Shown here: one piece after another, positions 40,491 through 50,847 of the stretch
Layout of the letters: every line of letters starts with the position of its first letter
How positions within the stretch are numbered: position 1 is the first letter of the stretch
From: Alkalispirochaeta sp.
GTDB lineage: Bacteria > Spirochaetota > Spirochaetia > DSM-27196 > Alkalispirochaetaceae
Direction: 5' to 3'
Assembly (NCBI GenBank): GCA_965242725.1
Contig: CBDESZ010000015.1
Coordinates: 1 to 64,000, forward strand
Length of the DNA stretch: 64,000 bases
Notes under the pieces: generated by a model
The model's database searches: none
The model's input: only the letters and a program-made list of their open reading frames with translations
Told to the model about the DNA's origin: nothing
Made by a program: the position numbers and the translations under genes

Positions 40491-40661
40491 TTAATGCAAT
40501 TGATGAGTTACTTCTCCAATATCCTTCCTCAACTAGACCATATCGACGAGCTGTATGTCTCCCTCCGGCAGATAGCGGTCGATCATATCTTCCTGCTCGT
40601 CCGCCAACAGCAACAGATCAAGGAACCGTTTCTTGCCGTCGGTTATTTTTTCTATGTTCAC
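40491..40661 (-). pseudogene. GNAT acetyltransferase remnant (N- and C-termini joined, internal stop)
   Basis: KKRFLDLLLLADEQEDMIDRYL joined directly to IQLVDMV*LRKD. Confidence 0.65.
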
Positions 40662-40945
40662 CCCCATTCCGAACCTCTCCTGACGAGTCTCGTTCACGAT
40701 ACCGTATCGCCGCACCGCGTCGCGATTGAATCCCCGGATTACAAGCCACCCACCCATCACCATTTCCTGTATCGCCAGCGGGGTATCAGACGGGTCCGGT
40801 AGAATGAGACGTAGAGACAGGTCGCGCCGATGACGAACACCGTCGTGCCGAACCCGCCGACCGCAACGATGGACAATATCCCGGCGACGGTACCGAGAAT
40901 GTAGAGTGCGCCGGCCATCACGGCGTGAATCCGATACGTCTTCAT
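40662..40945 (-). pseudogene. DUF4386 remnant with internal deletions
   Basis: AGALYILGTVAGILS / LYVSFYRTRLIPRW / LAIQEMVMGGWLVIRGFN pieces, matching the order in the intact paralog at 53730-54404. Confidence 0.7.
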
Positions 40946-41043
40946 TGAAAAATAGTATGGAGAAGTGGTCCCCGAGTGCAACGGCATAATCCCGGTAACA
41001 ATCGAACTTGCGAACCCCGACGGATTACCCTATCATTTCACTC

Positions 41044-42198
41044 ATGAAAAAGAGCGCAGCGGTCGGTCTGGCTTTTCTCGTCCTTCACCTTTTCATCACA
41101 CCCGCTCTCTTGAGCCTCACGCCCCGGGAGGAGTCGAGTCTCGAACAGGCGCTGCGCATCGGGTACATGAATCTGTTGTACCTCGATGAGAGCTTTCTTC
41201 CGGCGGCGTCCAGGTGGGATCAGGCGGATCGCAGCGCCGGAGTGATCGGGTTTTATCGGCGCTCCACCCCGGGCGGGAATTATGGTGCCCTCGACTTTGA
41301 CCTCTTCTCATTTTCACCCGTCGCCGCGTGCTACGGTGATGAGTGTGAGGACTACACCACGACCGCGCTGGGGCTTTCCTACCGCTTTACCGCAGGCGGA
41401 ACAGTTGTGCGTTACGGAGGGTCCCTTTCATTTTTCGGCGTGGACTCGCGTCCCGAGTCGGTCTCGATAGGAGACGCCGGCGGACTCCAGGAGCGCATCA
41501 GCGTCGGCGGCAACATCGAATATCGCGGTTTTCGGTACGCCCTGACGGCCCTGGCGCAACACATAAACATGTTCGATTTCGTTGACAACAACGGCGACAC
41601 GTCGGCGGTGAGCGCCACCGATACGTGGGAGTTCAGCTCTTTGCATGAAATTGAGATCCCGTTCGGTCTCTACTCCCGGACCATTGCTACCGGGGCGGAA
41701 GATTTCGACGCAATTCCCTATGCCGTGGTCGGGGAGCGAATCCTGCTGCCGACTCTCAACTCCCTCGTTGATGTAAAATACGAAGTCTTTGACGGGAGCT
41801 ACGGGTTGTACGGTCTCGCCTGGGACCAGCGTCTTGGCCGGAGCCGCCGACGGTGGCCGTCGACGGAGCTCTCTGGAGGCGTGCGACTGAGCGACAGCGG
41901 CAGTCTTTATTCCTACCGCCTCGGCGTCGTCTATCGCGCATTCAAAGCGGTGATGACCCACCAGCTGCGGGACCTGCGGGATGACTCCGCTGAGAATGTG
42001 CTCGGTGTTGCTCTCGGTGCAGGGATCCACATCGTCGCCCCGGATCGCGCGGGGACGTTCTTATTCGAGGTCGTTTACTCCCGGAACTACCTCACCCAGC
42101 TGGAAATCGTCGGTGGTGCGGAGAACGCCAATTACCTGCAGCTGAAGATCAGGACCGGCGATCCCAGTCTCCTGCCCCCGATCCTGGCCGACGGATAA
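41044..42198 (+). CDS. exported protein, possible outer-membrane beta-barrel
   Basis: Signal peptide; alternating aromatic/Gly beta-strand pattern. Confidence 0.6.
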   Translation: MKKSAAVGLAFLVLHLFITPALLSLTPREESSLEQALRIGYMNLLYLDESFLPAASRWDQADRSAGVIGFYRRSTPGGNYGALDFDLFSFSPVAACYGDECEDYTTTALGLSYRFTAGGTVVRYGGSLSFFGVDSRPESVSIGDAGGLQERISVGGNIEYRGFRYALTALAQHINMFDFVDNNGDTSAVSATDTWEFSSLHEIEIPFGLYSRTIATGAEDFDAIPYAVVGERILLPTLNSLVDVKYEVFDGSYGLYGLAWDQRLGRSRRRWPSTELSGGVRLSDSGSLYSYRLGVVYRAFKAVMTHQLRDLRDDSAENVLGVALGAGIHIVAPDRAGTFLFEVVYSRNYLTQLEIVGGAENANYLQLKIRTGDPSLLPPILADG

Positions 42199-42307
42199 GC
42201 CCGGGGACGTCGGGCCGTTGTTCACAATTTCAGTGCGCCCTGCTATGATGCGGCGCAATAATTCTCCGCATACAGCTCCGGTATAAACGGCCGGAAAAGG
42301 AACCTTC

Positions 42308-43153
42308 ATGTTAATCGATTATATCCCCAGGCACACCTACGGCATTGCAGCCTCATACCGCGACGGAAAAATAATATCTGTTATAGCAGGGGTGCAGATT
42401 TTCGCCGACAACAGCCTCAAGCTTCGATTTCCAAAAACGAATCCATTCAAGCGCAGGGATACTATTACCATTCACCTGGACAACAGAACGGGTGTGGACA
42501 CCTACGATGCCGATCTGAAGGTATACCGCTGTTCATATAAGGGCTCGATCGTCGATTCCGGAGATGACGAAGCGCGCATCATTCCCCTTGAATACTCCCT
42601 GGTCTATTCCCATCAGGTTGTGGAATCCTACAAAGCCCCGGTTTTTGAATATTCCGAGGACCCCAGACCTGCGGTTCCCGTACCGGAGTCACCGTTGAAA
42701 TCCCTGAGCATGGCCGACGGCAACGAAGAGGAAAACAAACTCGGGGTATTGGTAACAAAATCGGTTGATTTTCCCCAGACCAGCGTGATGGCATTCCTCA
42801 ACACCGTGGACGATGACATTTTCATCATTACCCGAGGCGCCACCCGAAAAGCCCACAATCTCCACAGGGATTCGGACTGCTATTTTGCAATTGACCATCG
42901 CGCCAACTTTGTCTTTGAGAACGCCTATGAATGGAACTACACGATCATTAAAGGAAGGGCCTTTACGATACCGCCGAGAAATCCAATCTTTCACGATATT
43001 CAGCAGAAGTTTGTGGAAAAGAACCCCTGGGAACTGGTCTTCTTCGGCGCACCTGACATCGAGCTGTTCCACATAGAGCCGGATGAAATCATGTGTCCGG
43101 AAAAATACGCCGGATTGAGGGTAGCGCAGAGACAGCTGAATTATTCGGGTTGA
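42308..43153 (+). CDS. pyridoxamine 5'-phosphate oxidase-like split-barrel protein
   Basis: C-half LGVLVT...IFIITRGATRKAHNL; extra N-terminal domain. Confidence 0.65.
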   Translation: MLIDYIPRHTYGIAASYRDGKIISVIAGVQIFADNSLKLRFPKTNPFKRRDTITIHLDNRTGVDTYDADLKVYRCSYKGSIVDSGDDEARIIPLEYSLVYSHQVVESYKAPVFEYSEDPRPAVPVPESPLKSLSMADGNEEENKLGVLVTKSVDFPQTSVMAFLNTVDDDIFIITRGATRKAHNLHRDSDCYFAIDHRANFVFENAYEWNYTIIKGRAFTIPPRNPIFHDIQQKFVEKNPWELVFFGAPDIELFHIEPDEIMCPEKYAGLRVAQRQLNYSG

Positions 43154-43222
43154 GAGGAACAGGGAGTTCGTAACATCCTGCGGAGTCATCCTGCGGAGTA
43201 TCCGGAACGTGAGAAAGACTGT

Positions 43223-44149
43223 CTATCGGGAATTGTATCCGCCGCGACGGAAGGTATTGCTGATTTTCAGGAACGGTGCGGGATCCACAACCTGTGTGCC
43301 CATCATGATCTCAAAATGGAGGTGCGTGCCCGTGGCAATTCCGGTCTGACCCATCAATCCCAGTTTCTCTCCCTGAACAACGCGTTGCCCTCGGGATACT
43401 AAAATGCTGCCCATATGCGGATACCGCGTGCTGTAGCCGTATTTGTGACGGACTACCACCTGAAATCCGTATCCCGGATCGTACGCCGCCTCCACAACTT
43501 CACCGTCTGCACTGCTGACAATGGGTGTTCCGGGATAGCCCGCGATATCGAATCCCTTATGAAGGTACCACTGGCCGGAAATGGGATGAATATTCGGTCC
43601 GAACTCCATTGAAACGTTTCCGCCGTTGCCGCCGACGGGCCACGCATTCGGAATATCCCGCAGGATTTGTGAGACCATTTCCTGGGTAGCAGGAATACCC
43701 GACAGCAATGCCGCCGCATGATCGAGTTCCTCGGAAAGATGTTTCACCGAAGCCGGCAGCTCCGCGGAATTCTTCGTCTCGCCCCCGAAATACGATTGCA
43801 GCGTAACCGATGAGGCCGGATCGGGATTGTACGCATCGTTCCGTTGCGGCGGGATGAGGAGATCCGTCAGCGATTCAACCTCGGCGTCGTATGGCTGCGC
43901 CAATTGCTCCAGATTATCAAGCTCCCGCAAAATTGCATCCAGATTTGCCTGTGCCTCCGCCAGCTCGGGGCGTTGCTCCGCGATTGACGGCTGTCCTACA
44001 TCGAGCTGCAAGAGCAGAACCAGTCCGCCGATGATGAACCCAAACAGAATCGCCCCGGCGAAAAGAACTCCGGAATGAATAGAAAACGACACCGGTGCCC
44101 GGGATGAATCAAACAGTACCGAGACGGTATATCGTTTTCCTATCTTCAT
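43223..44149 (-). CDS. M23 family peptidase
   Basis: HKGFD, TGTHLHFE; N-terminal TM and coiled coil. Confidence 0.9.
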   Translation of the reverse strand: MKIGKRYTVSVLFDSSRAPVSFSIHSGVLFAGAILFGFIIGGLVLLLQLDVGQPSIAEQRPELAEAQANLDAILRELDNLEQLAQPYDAEVESLTDLLIPPQRNDAYNPDPASSVTLQSYFGGETKNSAELPASVKHLSEELDHAAALLSGIPATQEMVSQILRDIPNAWPVGGNGGNVSMEFGPNIHPISGQWYLHKGFDIAGYPGTPIVSSADGEVVEAAYDPGYGFQVVVRHKYGYSTRYPHMGSILVSRGQRVVQGEKLGLMGQTGIATGTHLHFEIMMGTQVVDPAPFLKISNTFRRGGYNSR

Positions 44150-44261
44150 ATGACCTGCCTGAAAAATATACGTGACTCATCGGGAGATTTCATGCCCGGA
44201 CAGTGCCGGCCCGGAATACGCAAACGAGTATCATTAAAATATCACCACTGCCGCGTCGTTA

Positions 44262-44563
44262 CAACCATTCTCAAGGGCTGGTTTGACCGCGTCTTTGTCA
44301 GCGGAGGACTGTATTCAAGTCGAAAACGATACGGTGCCGGGCATTTCCGGGGGAAGCGGGCGATCTGTTCGGTAACGACGGGCGCACCGGAACACGCTTT
44401 CGGTCCGAAAGCCAGAGGCGGGGATCTGGACGCCATCCTGTGGCCCATTGAGCGTTCCCTGTACTACAGGGAAGCACGCCTCCATTCATTGCCGTCGGAA
44501 AAACCGATGAATTTTCCTGGATGGGCCGACTGGGATAATGTCAATCATCGCCGGCATAGGTAA
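44262..44563 (+). pseudogene. NAD(P)H:quinone dehydrogenase (flavodoxin-fold) fragment
   Basis: ILKGWFDRVF...GKRAICSVTTG; N-terminus missing and apparent internal gap after YY. Confidence 0.75.
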
Positions 44564-45140
44564 TGTCCAGGAGTCCCCGTGGTATGTACGCCCCGGAGAG
44601 CATGTTTTTTATCCGTTCCACCCGTTGCAGGTTTGCCGCCGGATCATTTTTTATATTTAGCGTCGTCGGCGAGATTATGGACGCGATCAGCGCGATATAC
44701 TCATCCTCCGTCAACTCGTCGATGCGTTTAGCGAAGTAAAACGTGGCGGCTTGGTCGAGGCCGAATTGTCCGTTTCCGAAATATGTTATGTTCAGGAAGA
44801 TCGTAATCTGGTCATCTTTCGAGACGAGCGGATCGAGGGCAAAACGGGCGCACAGCGTTTGTTTGATCTTGGCAATACCCTGCTTGAAGTCCCTGAAATA
44901 GAACTTTTTCGCCAGGCTCTGGGTGATGCCGGTCCAGCCGGTACCGGGCGTGCGGAAGTCCACTCCCCGGTGATTGTAGAAATTGGGATCCTGAACCTTG
45001 AGCAGAATCTCGAGTTGCCGGTCTGAAAGATCGGCCGTCCGGATTGACGCGTCGGACAGCAACTGAGCAGCCGTTCCGATCGTGTGTCGGCGGGCGAGTG
45101 CGACTTCGATACTGAAGTACATAACAATGATCAGAAACAA
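44541..45140 (-). CDS. stand-alone peptidoglycan transglycosylase-domain protein
   Basis: QDPNFYNHRGVD, ITQSLAK, FLNITYFG, AATFYF; start uncertain. Confidence 0.85.
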   Translation of the reverse strand: MFLIIVMYFSIEVALARRHTIGTAAQLLSDASIRTADLSDRQLEILLKVQDPNFYNHRGVDFRTPGTGWTGITQSLAKKFYFRDFKQGIAKIKQTLCARFALDPLVSKDDQITIFLNITYFGNGQFGLDQAATFYFAKRIDELTEDEYIALIASIISPTTLNIKNDPAANLQRVERIKNMLSGAYIPRGLLDITYAGDD

Positions 45141-45303
45141 CGCCGCGGCAACGGAGCGTCCTGTTCTATTCCGGCTTTTCTTGTTTTTCGTACGCTTTGT
45201 TCCTGGAAATTCAATTGAGAGATATCATGGTGACCATCGAATCAGACGTCGACCGGGAGGCAATACTCCCGGTCCGCATAAAATCCTGCCCCGACCGCTG
45301 CCG

Positions 45304-45981
45304 CTACTGCAGATCGCTCATTTCGATCGGCCACGATACGGATGAACGCGAGTTGTCGACGCCGACCTGAAACTGATACCGATCACCGTCTTCGTCAAAA
45401 GCGATAACATCGTAGACCACCTCGACGCTCCCCGCCGGCACGTACATGGAGATCGTATCTCCGGGGCCCATGATGGTACTGCTGCCGAGAAAGTCGACTC
45501 CCAGATAGGACGAATCGCTGGGAGAGATAAAGAGAAGCCACATCGCATAGGCCGTTTCGTTCCCAAACGCTACTTCAACCAGATCATAGTCCGGCGCCTG
45601 CTCACCGGAGTAGTCATCCAGGGTCAACTCGATGATGTTGTCACGATCGTCGCAGATAGCGGTTTCCCAGATGTAGTAGGCGTCGTTGTCCTCATCGACA
45701 GCCATAAAATCAAAGTTGTTGCAACGCTCCGGATGATGAACGAGAAACTTCACCGAATCTCCCGTCTCCATGATCGTCGTGGAATCGAGGACGTCCGGTC
45801 CCCAGGAGTTGCTGTCCGCCGGTGAAAAGAAGATATTGTAAATATCGAATCCGGTATTGTTTACGATCTCAACCGACGTCGTCTGGCTGAGAATATCGTT
45901 GATCTGCGCCGGCACCGCCCACAAGATCCCGAGAAGCATCACCGTTGCGATCGCCATAATTCTGTTCTTGTGCTGCACCAT
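45304..45981 (-). CDS. secreted acidic protein with two tandem similar domains
   Basis: NNTGFDIYNIFFSPADSNSWGPDVL repeated as NETAYAMWLLFISPSDSSYLGVDFL; signal peptide, GGAGG RBS. Confidence 0.75.
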   Translation of the reverse strand: MVQHKNRIMAIATVMLLGILWAVPAQINDILSQTTSVEIVNNTGFDIYNIFFSPADSNSWGPDVLDSTTIMETGDSVKFLVHHPERCNNFDFMAVDEDNDAYYIWETAICDDRDNIIELTLDDYSGEQAPDYDLVEVAFGNETAYAMWLLFISPSDSSYLGVDFLGSSTIMGPGDTISMYVPAGSVEVVYDVIAFDEDGDRYQFQVGVDNSRSSVSWPIEMSDLQ

Positions 45982-46127
45982 TTCCGCCTCCTTTGTACGT
46001 TTCCTGCGTACTCTACCTGTTATTATCGATGGCGATGCAAATTTCCACCATGGATCGGTCATAATTGTCAGGATCTGCCCATAGTGCGGCTCCGATGTTT
46101 GTCTCGAAAATATCTTCAACGTGCCGC

Positions 46128-46829
46128 CTAATGTGAAATCCACGCGGCGATATCGGATTCTTCAATCACTCCGTACTTTGCCCGGGTGCCGTGGACCATC
46201 GCCCAGTATTTGTCCCCGTATGACCAGTGCCACCATTCGGACGGGTAATTCACAAACCCCGCCGATTCCATGCACGTCTTGAGGAGCATTCGATTGGTAC
46301 GCTGTACTGCCGTTATCAATTCCGAATCGAAATAGGTGCGATTGTCCGTGTCCCACGGTTCAGCGTTGAATTCGGTTCCCATGTCGAGGTCGATCATGTC
46401 CTGGTCCGAAATGGTGAGATCCAGTGCGGCACCGGTCGGATGCGGTGCGGTGGATAGGGGCGCGACGTACTGAGATGCAGCCATCTCAGCCTCCCGTCTG
46501 GAATGGGCGGAGTTCAGTTTCATTGTCGCACCGACCGCCTTCTCAAAGGATCGCGCCTGTTGCGAGGATGGACGGTACGCCTCCTTGATAACCAGGCGAA
46601 ACTGATCCGGAAGGTTTGAAAGAGCCGTCGTCAGAAGGGCGGCGACCGTTTCCCGGGCAAAGCAAAAATAACAGGACTCGTTTGCAATTTCCGAGCGGGT
46701 CTCGTCAATCACGATTCGGTCACCGAGACGGCGAAGATCGACCATCGTTTCGCCGTTTTCCTCAACCGGGATTGCGATAACCCGGGGGTCCCCAATCAGT
46801 ACAATAGTCCCGTCGCCGGTGATACTCAT
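46128..46829 (-). CDS. D-Ala-D-Ala dipeptidase (M15D, VanX/DdpX family)
   Basis: EAYRP, PHPTGAALD, DMGT, EWWHWSYGD. Confidence 0.88.
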   Translation of the reverse strand: MSITGDGTIVLIGDPRVIAIPVEENGETMVDLRRLGDRIVIDETRSEIANESCYFCFARETVAALLTTALSNLPDQFRLVIKEAYRPSSQQARSFEKAVGATMKLNSAHSRREAEMAASQYVAPLSTAPHPTGAALDLTISDQDMIDLDMGTEFNAEPWDTDNRTYFDSELITAVQRTNRMLLKTCMESAGFVNYPSEWWHWSYGDKYWAMVHGTRAKYGVIEESDIAAWISH

Positions 46830-46931
46830 TCGTCCATTCTATCATCGACCGGTCCGCGGGAGGTAGATGGTGGTTTCCCCGTCGTATCCGTTGTACGTTT
46901 ATTGAAGTCGATTGACGAAGAGAGGGATACA

Positions 46932-48467
46932 ATGATCGATAGACTGCCGTCATACGCCGTGCTTATTCCCGCACGGAAGAGAATAGTGATCAACCTCGTC
47001 GCGTTTATCGCGACGCTCTTTCTGACCTTCTATAACCAGCTCGTGTGCCCATTTCTCGACTCCCTTTCCTTTGTTGAGGAGTTCAGAAATCTGGCCGTCG
47101 TCTTTGTCTTCCAGATCGTTGTCCGGGAGGTCGCGTTGTATCTGGTCCGTCCTGCCGGCGGATCGGAGGCGCTCAATAAACGGTACTACCGGATACTGGT
47201 CCTTTCCTGGATCGCCGCAGGCGTAGCGGCGGCGGTTTTGCATGAGTTTTTTTATATAAACATCAATCCCGACGGTGTGTACCAGACCTTCCCCTGGAGG
47301 AGCGATTATCCCTGGCACAGCCACCTGAAGGTATTGAGCGGGTACTGGTTTCTCGGCGGCGGATTGATTACCCAACTTGAACTCACCATCGGTGAAAAGG
47401 AAATCCGAAAGTACATCGAGAAGAACGAGGGTACGCCGGACTACTTCGATGAACGAATCTCGACCCGGATCACCTGGGGCAATTTTTTCTACGCCTTTGT
47501 TCCCTCCATAACACTGCTCATCATGGTTGTACGTTACTCCGCCCAGGAAATGCTGATTCCCCTCGGCGTGGCGGCCGAAATTGCGTACATCGGAACCGTT
47601 TTTATCGCCGTCGCCCTTGCGGCGGCCGTGCTGTACGGCCGCATGCTGCGGGAGGACACGGCGCGGATCGTCGACATGCTCAAGACGATCGGGGAGGGCG
47701 ATTTTACCAAACGCCTCTATCCCACCAGGCAGGATGAGCTCGGCAAGATCGCATCGGGTATCAATCGCATGGCGGAAGGGCTCGTGCAACGGGAGCGGAT
47801 CAAGGAATCCTTCGGCTACTTTGTGTCGCCCGAGATCGCCGAGAAGTTCATCAGCCAGTATTCGAAGGGGAAGGATATGCGGAATCGCGGCGAACGGAGG
47901 AAAGTCGCCGTCCTCATGTGCGATATACGCAACTTTTCATCGATTTCGGAAAAACTCGATCCCTCGATCGTCACGGCAATGCTCAACAACTACTTCGACC
48001 ATATGGTTGCGGCGATCCGGAAGCACGGCGGAATTGTCGATAAGTTCATCGGAGATGCGGTCATGGCAGTTTTCGGTCTTCTGGAGGACGACGAAAATCC
48101 GACGGCGTCAGCCGTTGAAGCGGCCCTGGAAATGAGATCCGCCCTCAGGGCGGCGAATCTCGCCGGCAGGGAACGGGGCTATCCCGCGATCAATAACGGA
48201 ATAGGAATCCACTACGGCGATGTGATCGCCTCCTATCTGGGTAGCACCGACCGCATCGAGTTCACAGTGATCGGATCCACCGTCAACACCGCGGCGCGCC
48301 TCGAGGCGCACGCCAAAAAACCGAACCCTCCCATCATCATCAGCAAGCGGGCCGCAGTCGAAATCAAAGGTTATTTCGGCGTGTCGGAAGTGGGAGAAGG
48401 GGAGCTCAAGGGAATCGGTGTTCAGAAGCTCTATACGATCAGAAGCAGGAAGAAACGGCGAGGGTGA
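46932..48467 (+). CDS. membrane class III adenylate/guanylate cyclase with HAMP
   Basis: About 6 TM, HAMP, CDIRNFS, DKFIGDAVMA, FTVIGSTVNTAARLE. Confidence 0.92.
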   Translation: MIDRLPSYAVLIPARKRIVINLVAFIATLFLTFYNQLVCPFLDSLSFVEEFRNLAVVFVFQIVVREVALYLVRPAGGSEALNKRYYRILVLSWIAAGVAAAVLHEFFYININPDGVYQTFPWRSDYPWHSHLKVLSGYWFLGGGLITQLELTIGEKEIRKYIEKNEGTPDYFDERISTRITWGNFFYAFVPSITLLIMVVRYSAQEMLIPLGVAAEIAYIGTVFIAVALAAAVLYGRMLREDTARIVDMLKTIGEGDFTKRLYPTRQDELGKIASGINRMAEGLVQRERIKESFGYFVSPEIAEKFISQYSKGKDMRNRGERRKVAVLMCDIRNFSSISEKLDPSIVTAMLNNYFDHMVAAIRKHGGIVDKFIGDAVMAVFGLLEDDENPTASAVEAALEMRSALRAANLAGRERGYPAINNGIGIHYGDVIASYLGSTDRIEFTVIGSTVNTAARLEAHAKKPNPPIIISKRAAVEIKGYFGVSEVGEGELKGIGVQKLYTIRSRKKRRG

Positions 48468-48717
48468 GGTGAGAGGGTGTCGCTCCGGGTCTCGATCTTC
48501 GATCGCTGTATGGGTCTTGTGTCCACGACACATAGACATGAGTTGCGTGTCTCCATATTGTGAGCACCTCCGAATGATTTCTACGATACGTTTCGACGAT
48601 CGCCTCCGACGGGGAGGGGAAAAATGAGTGAATAGGACGAAAGTAACAATGTTGTTCGGAGGGTTTGCAGGAAGAAATAAAAATTGACACCCGCCCAATA
48701 AAATACAATAATTTAAT

Positions 48718-49356
48718 ATGAATTCATTCTTAGCAACTATCTCTAAATTTACCCAAAATCGAATTTATGGCATTGTAGGAACACTTCTCGTCCTTTCAAC
48801 TCTCATCGGCTGCGGCATGCCGGGCGACGACGGGGATTCCTACGTAGCCTATTCTTGGGCGGTCGGGCCGTTCAGTTTCTATAGCACCGATCCGGCGTTT
48901 TCGGGGCGGTCGTTTATAGGTAACAATACGTATTACAAGTCGGATGAGGGAACGTGGTACATGGAGTACCAATCATGGGACGAATCCTTATGGTGGGCGG
49001 AATACGAAGTCTATCGGGAAGAAGGCAAGGACGGCGCACTGTTTACGGACGGGTCTGACGGAGACGACCTTTACTTCGAGATTTCGTGCCTCTCGTCTGG
49101 ACCGAGTCTCTATATATGGGATAGACCATATGGAGGTTGGGTCGTTTCGAGTGGGGTGAAGTCCGAGGCAATTGCAGTTATTGGGGCAAAAGGTACGACG
49201 GAGGGGTCACTTCCGGAGGACGACGAAAATATATCGGTTGTGACGAACAACGAAAAGCGACTGAGTATCGGACGTGAGAGAGGTGAAGCCGTCGGACCGG
49301 AAAGCGTCAGGGTCGGGAACGCAGTTTTTACGATAACCTACGGCAGGATCGAGTAG
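48718..49356 (+). CDS. hypothetical lipoprotein
   Basis: LIGC lipobox; Trp/Tyr/Asp-rich. Confidence 0.7.
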   Translation: MNSFLATISKFTQNRIYGIVGTLLVLSTLIGCGMPGDDGDSYVAYSWAVGPFSFYSTDPAFSGRSFIGNNTYYKSDEGTWYMEYQSWDESLWWAEYEVYREEGKDGALFTDGSDGDDLYFEISCLSSGPSLYIWDRPYGGWVVSSGVKSEAIAVIGAKGTTEGSLPEDDENISVVTNNEKRLSIGRERGEAVGPESVRVGNAVFTITYGRIE

Positions 49357-49426
49357 AATGAAACAGGGAACGAATATTGCGATTGTGTCTGTTGCGGAAA
49401 CCGTTCGTGAAGGAAAGGAGTGACCA

Positions 49427-50032
49427 ATGAGAGTGAAGCGATTTGCCTTGACGGTTGGAGTGGCGATCTTTCTTGCGGGCACGGTGTTCGGACAGACCGG
49501 GGGGCGCGGGCTGATGTTGTTCGGCGGATTGGGGTTTGCGGGAATTGAGTACCAGAGCGACGTCCAGGAATACGTCGATATCATCGAGGACAATAGCGGC
49601 GTCGATCGGTTCAAGATGCATCTGAACCTCGGAATCGGTATTGCGGTGTCGCAACGAACGTACCTGACGGGATCGATGAACGGATACAGCGATATTTTCA
49701 CCTATTCCGATTCGCAGGTTGATGAAGAACTTCAGATCGCTTTCGTGAATCTCGGTCTGGGTTTACGGTTTTATCCAAACGTGACGGGAGTCGTGACTGG
49801 ATTTGACATCGGACCGGCGGGGGCGGTGAGCACCTTTGACGCAAGTTATCTTGACGAGGAGATCACATCGGAATCGGACGAAGGTCTCGGCTTCGGTATT
49901 ATGCTGGGATATGACTTTGCGAGCCGGCCGACGGGCTTTTCCGCCTTGGTCGGAGCGAGGGCGGATTTCATGGAGGTTGACGGCGAGATGAATACCTTTG
50001 GCTCGATCTTCCTGGATCTCGTCTTCAAATAG
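49427..50032 (+). CDS. small outer-membrane beta-barrel protein
   Basis: Signal peptide, amphipathic strands, ends DLVFK; AGGAG RBS. Confidence 0.7.
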   Translation: MRVKRFALTVGVAIFLAGTVFGQTGGRGLMLFGGLGFAGIEYQSDVQEYVDIIEDNSGVDRFKMHLNLGIGIAVSQRTYLTGSMNGYSDIFTYSDSQVDEELQIAFVNLGLGLRFYPNVTGVVTGFDIGPAGAVSTFDASYLDEEITSESDEGLGFGIMLGYDFASRPTGFSALVGARADFMEVDGEMNTFGSIFLDLVFK

Positions 50033-50223
50033 AACATTGCCGCTCTTCTTTGAATGCGAAGAGGATGAATGAAGACTTTCTCCGAAACCGAGTGTCTTTG
50101 TGGCATGTCGATCTCAGAGCCGAACATAGCACGCCCCGGATTCCGAAAGGATTACCGCGACGGGGAGATTCCGATTGATCCTATCCGGAAGGACGGGGAG
50201 GAGCGAAATGTGATACTGCCTGT

Positions 50224-50847
50224 TCAACGCGAAGCCTGTACCGGCCGCATTTGCGCGACTGCCAGATAGCTCGCCGCAACGGTGATTCCACCGGCCACGG
50301 AGCCAATGATATTGGCGACGGCACCGCCGGATGAATATGCAATCGCGTTGAAGTCGTTCTTCGCTCCAAGCAGGTAGGCGATGTAGTTATTCAAAACATC
50401 GAATGCCGGCGACGCAATCAGCACCGTGAAAAGAACTCCCGACAGAATCGCCGATCGTCGGATCGACGGGTACTTGAGCATAAGGACTCCAAGGGCGACG
50501 AAAAGAACGTCCGTGAGATAGGGAAAGGCCACAATTATGAGCTCCGCTCGTGGTCCCGAGTATTGGGTGGTGATGTGCCCGCCGTCGAGTTCTCCGCTGA
50601 AGATACGCGGAAAGAGCTGAATCTCACTGACCCGTTCACCGAGAAACCATGCGGGAAGAAGGTGCCGCAGTTCATGAATCATACTATAGGTGGCATACCA
50701 AACGACGTAGATGGAGACGACGTACAGGAATAAACGCGCTGTTCCGATATTCATTCGGCGGAATACGAGGATGAGCGGCAGGACGATCACGAGGGCGATT
50801 TCAATTGTGGTGATCAAAAGGCTTGTTGCCGGTGTCAGGGTCATCAT
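50224..50847 (-). CDS. membrane HExxH metalloprotease-like protein (M50-like)
   Basis: IHELRH next to TM helices; later ND motif; ATGA overlap with the upstream gene. Confidence 0.6.
   Translation of the reverse strand: MMTLTPATSLLITTIEIALVIVLPLILVFRRMNIGTARLFLYVVSIYVVWYATYSMIHELRHLLPAWFLGERVSEIQLFPRIFSGELDGGHITTQYSGPRAELIIVAFPYLTDVLFVALGVLMLKYPSIRRSAILSGVLFTVLIASPAFDVLNNYIAYLLGAKNDFNAIAYSSGGAVANIIGSVAGGITVAASYLAVAQMRPVQASR

Noticed and set aside
40533..40535. TAG read-through (pyrrolysine) in the GNAT
   Set aside because: The gene is also internally deleted; a nonsense mutation is simpler.
46128..46829. Vancomycin resistance locus
   Set aside because: Lone VanX/DdpX-type gene with no vanH, vanA or vanRS.
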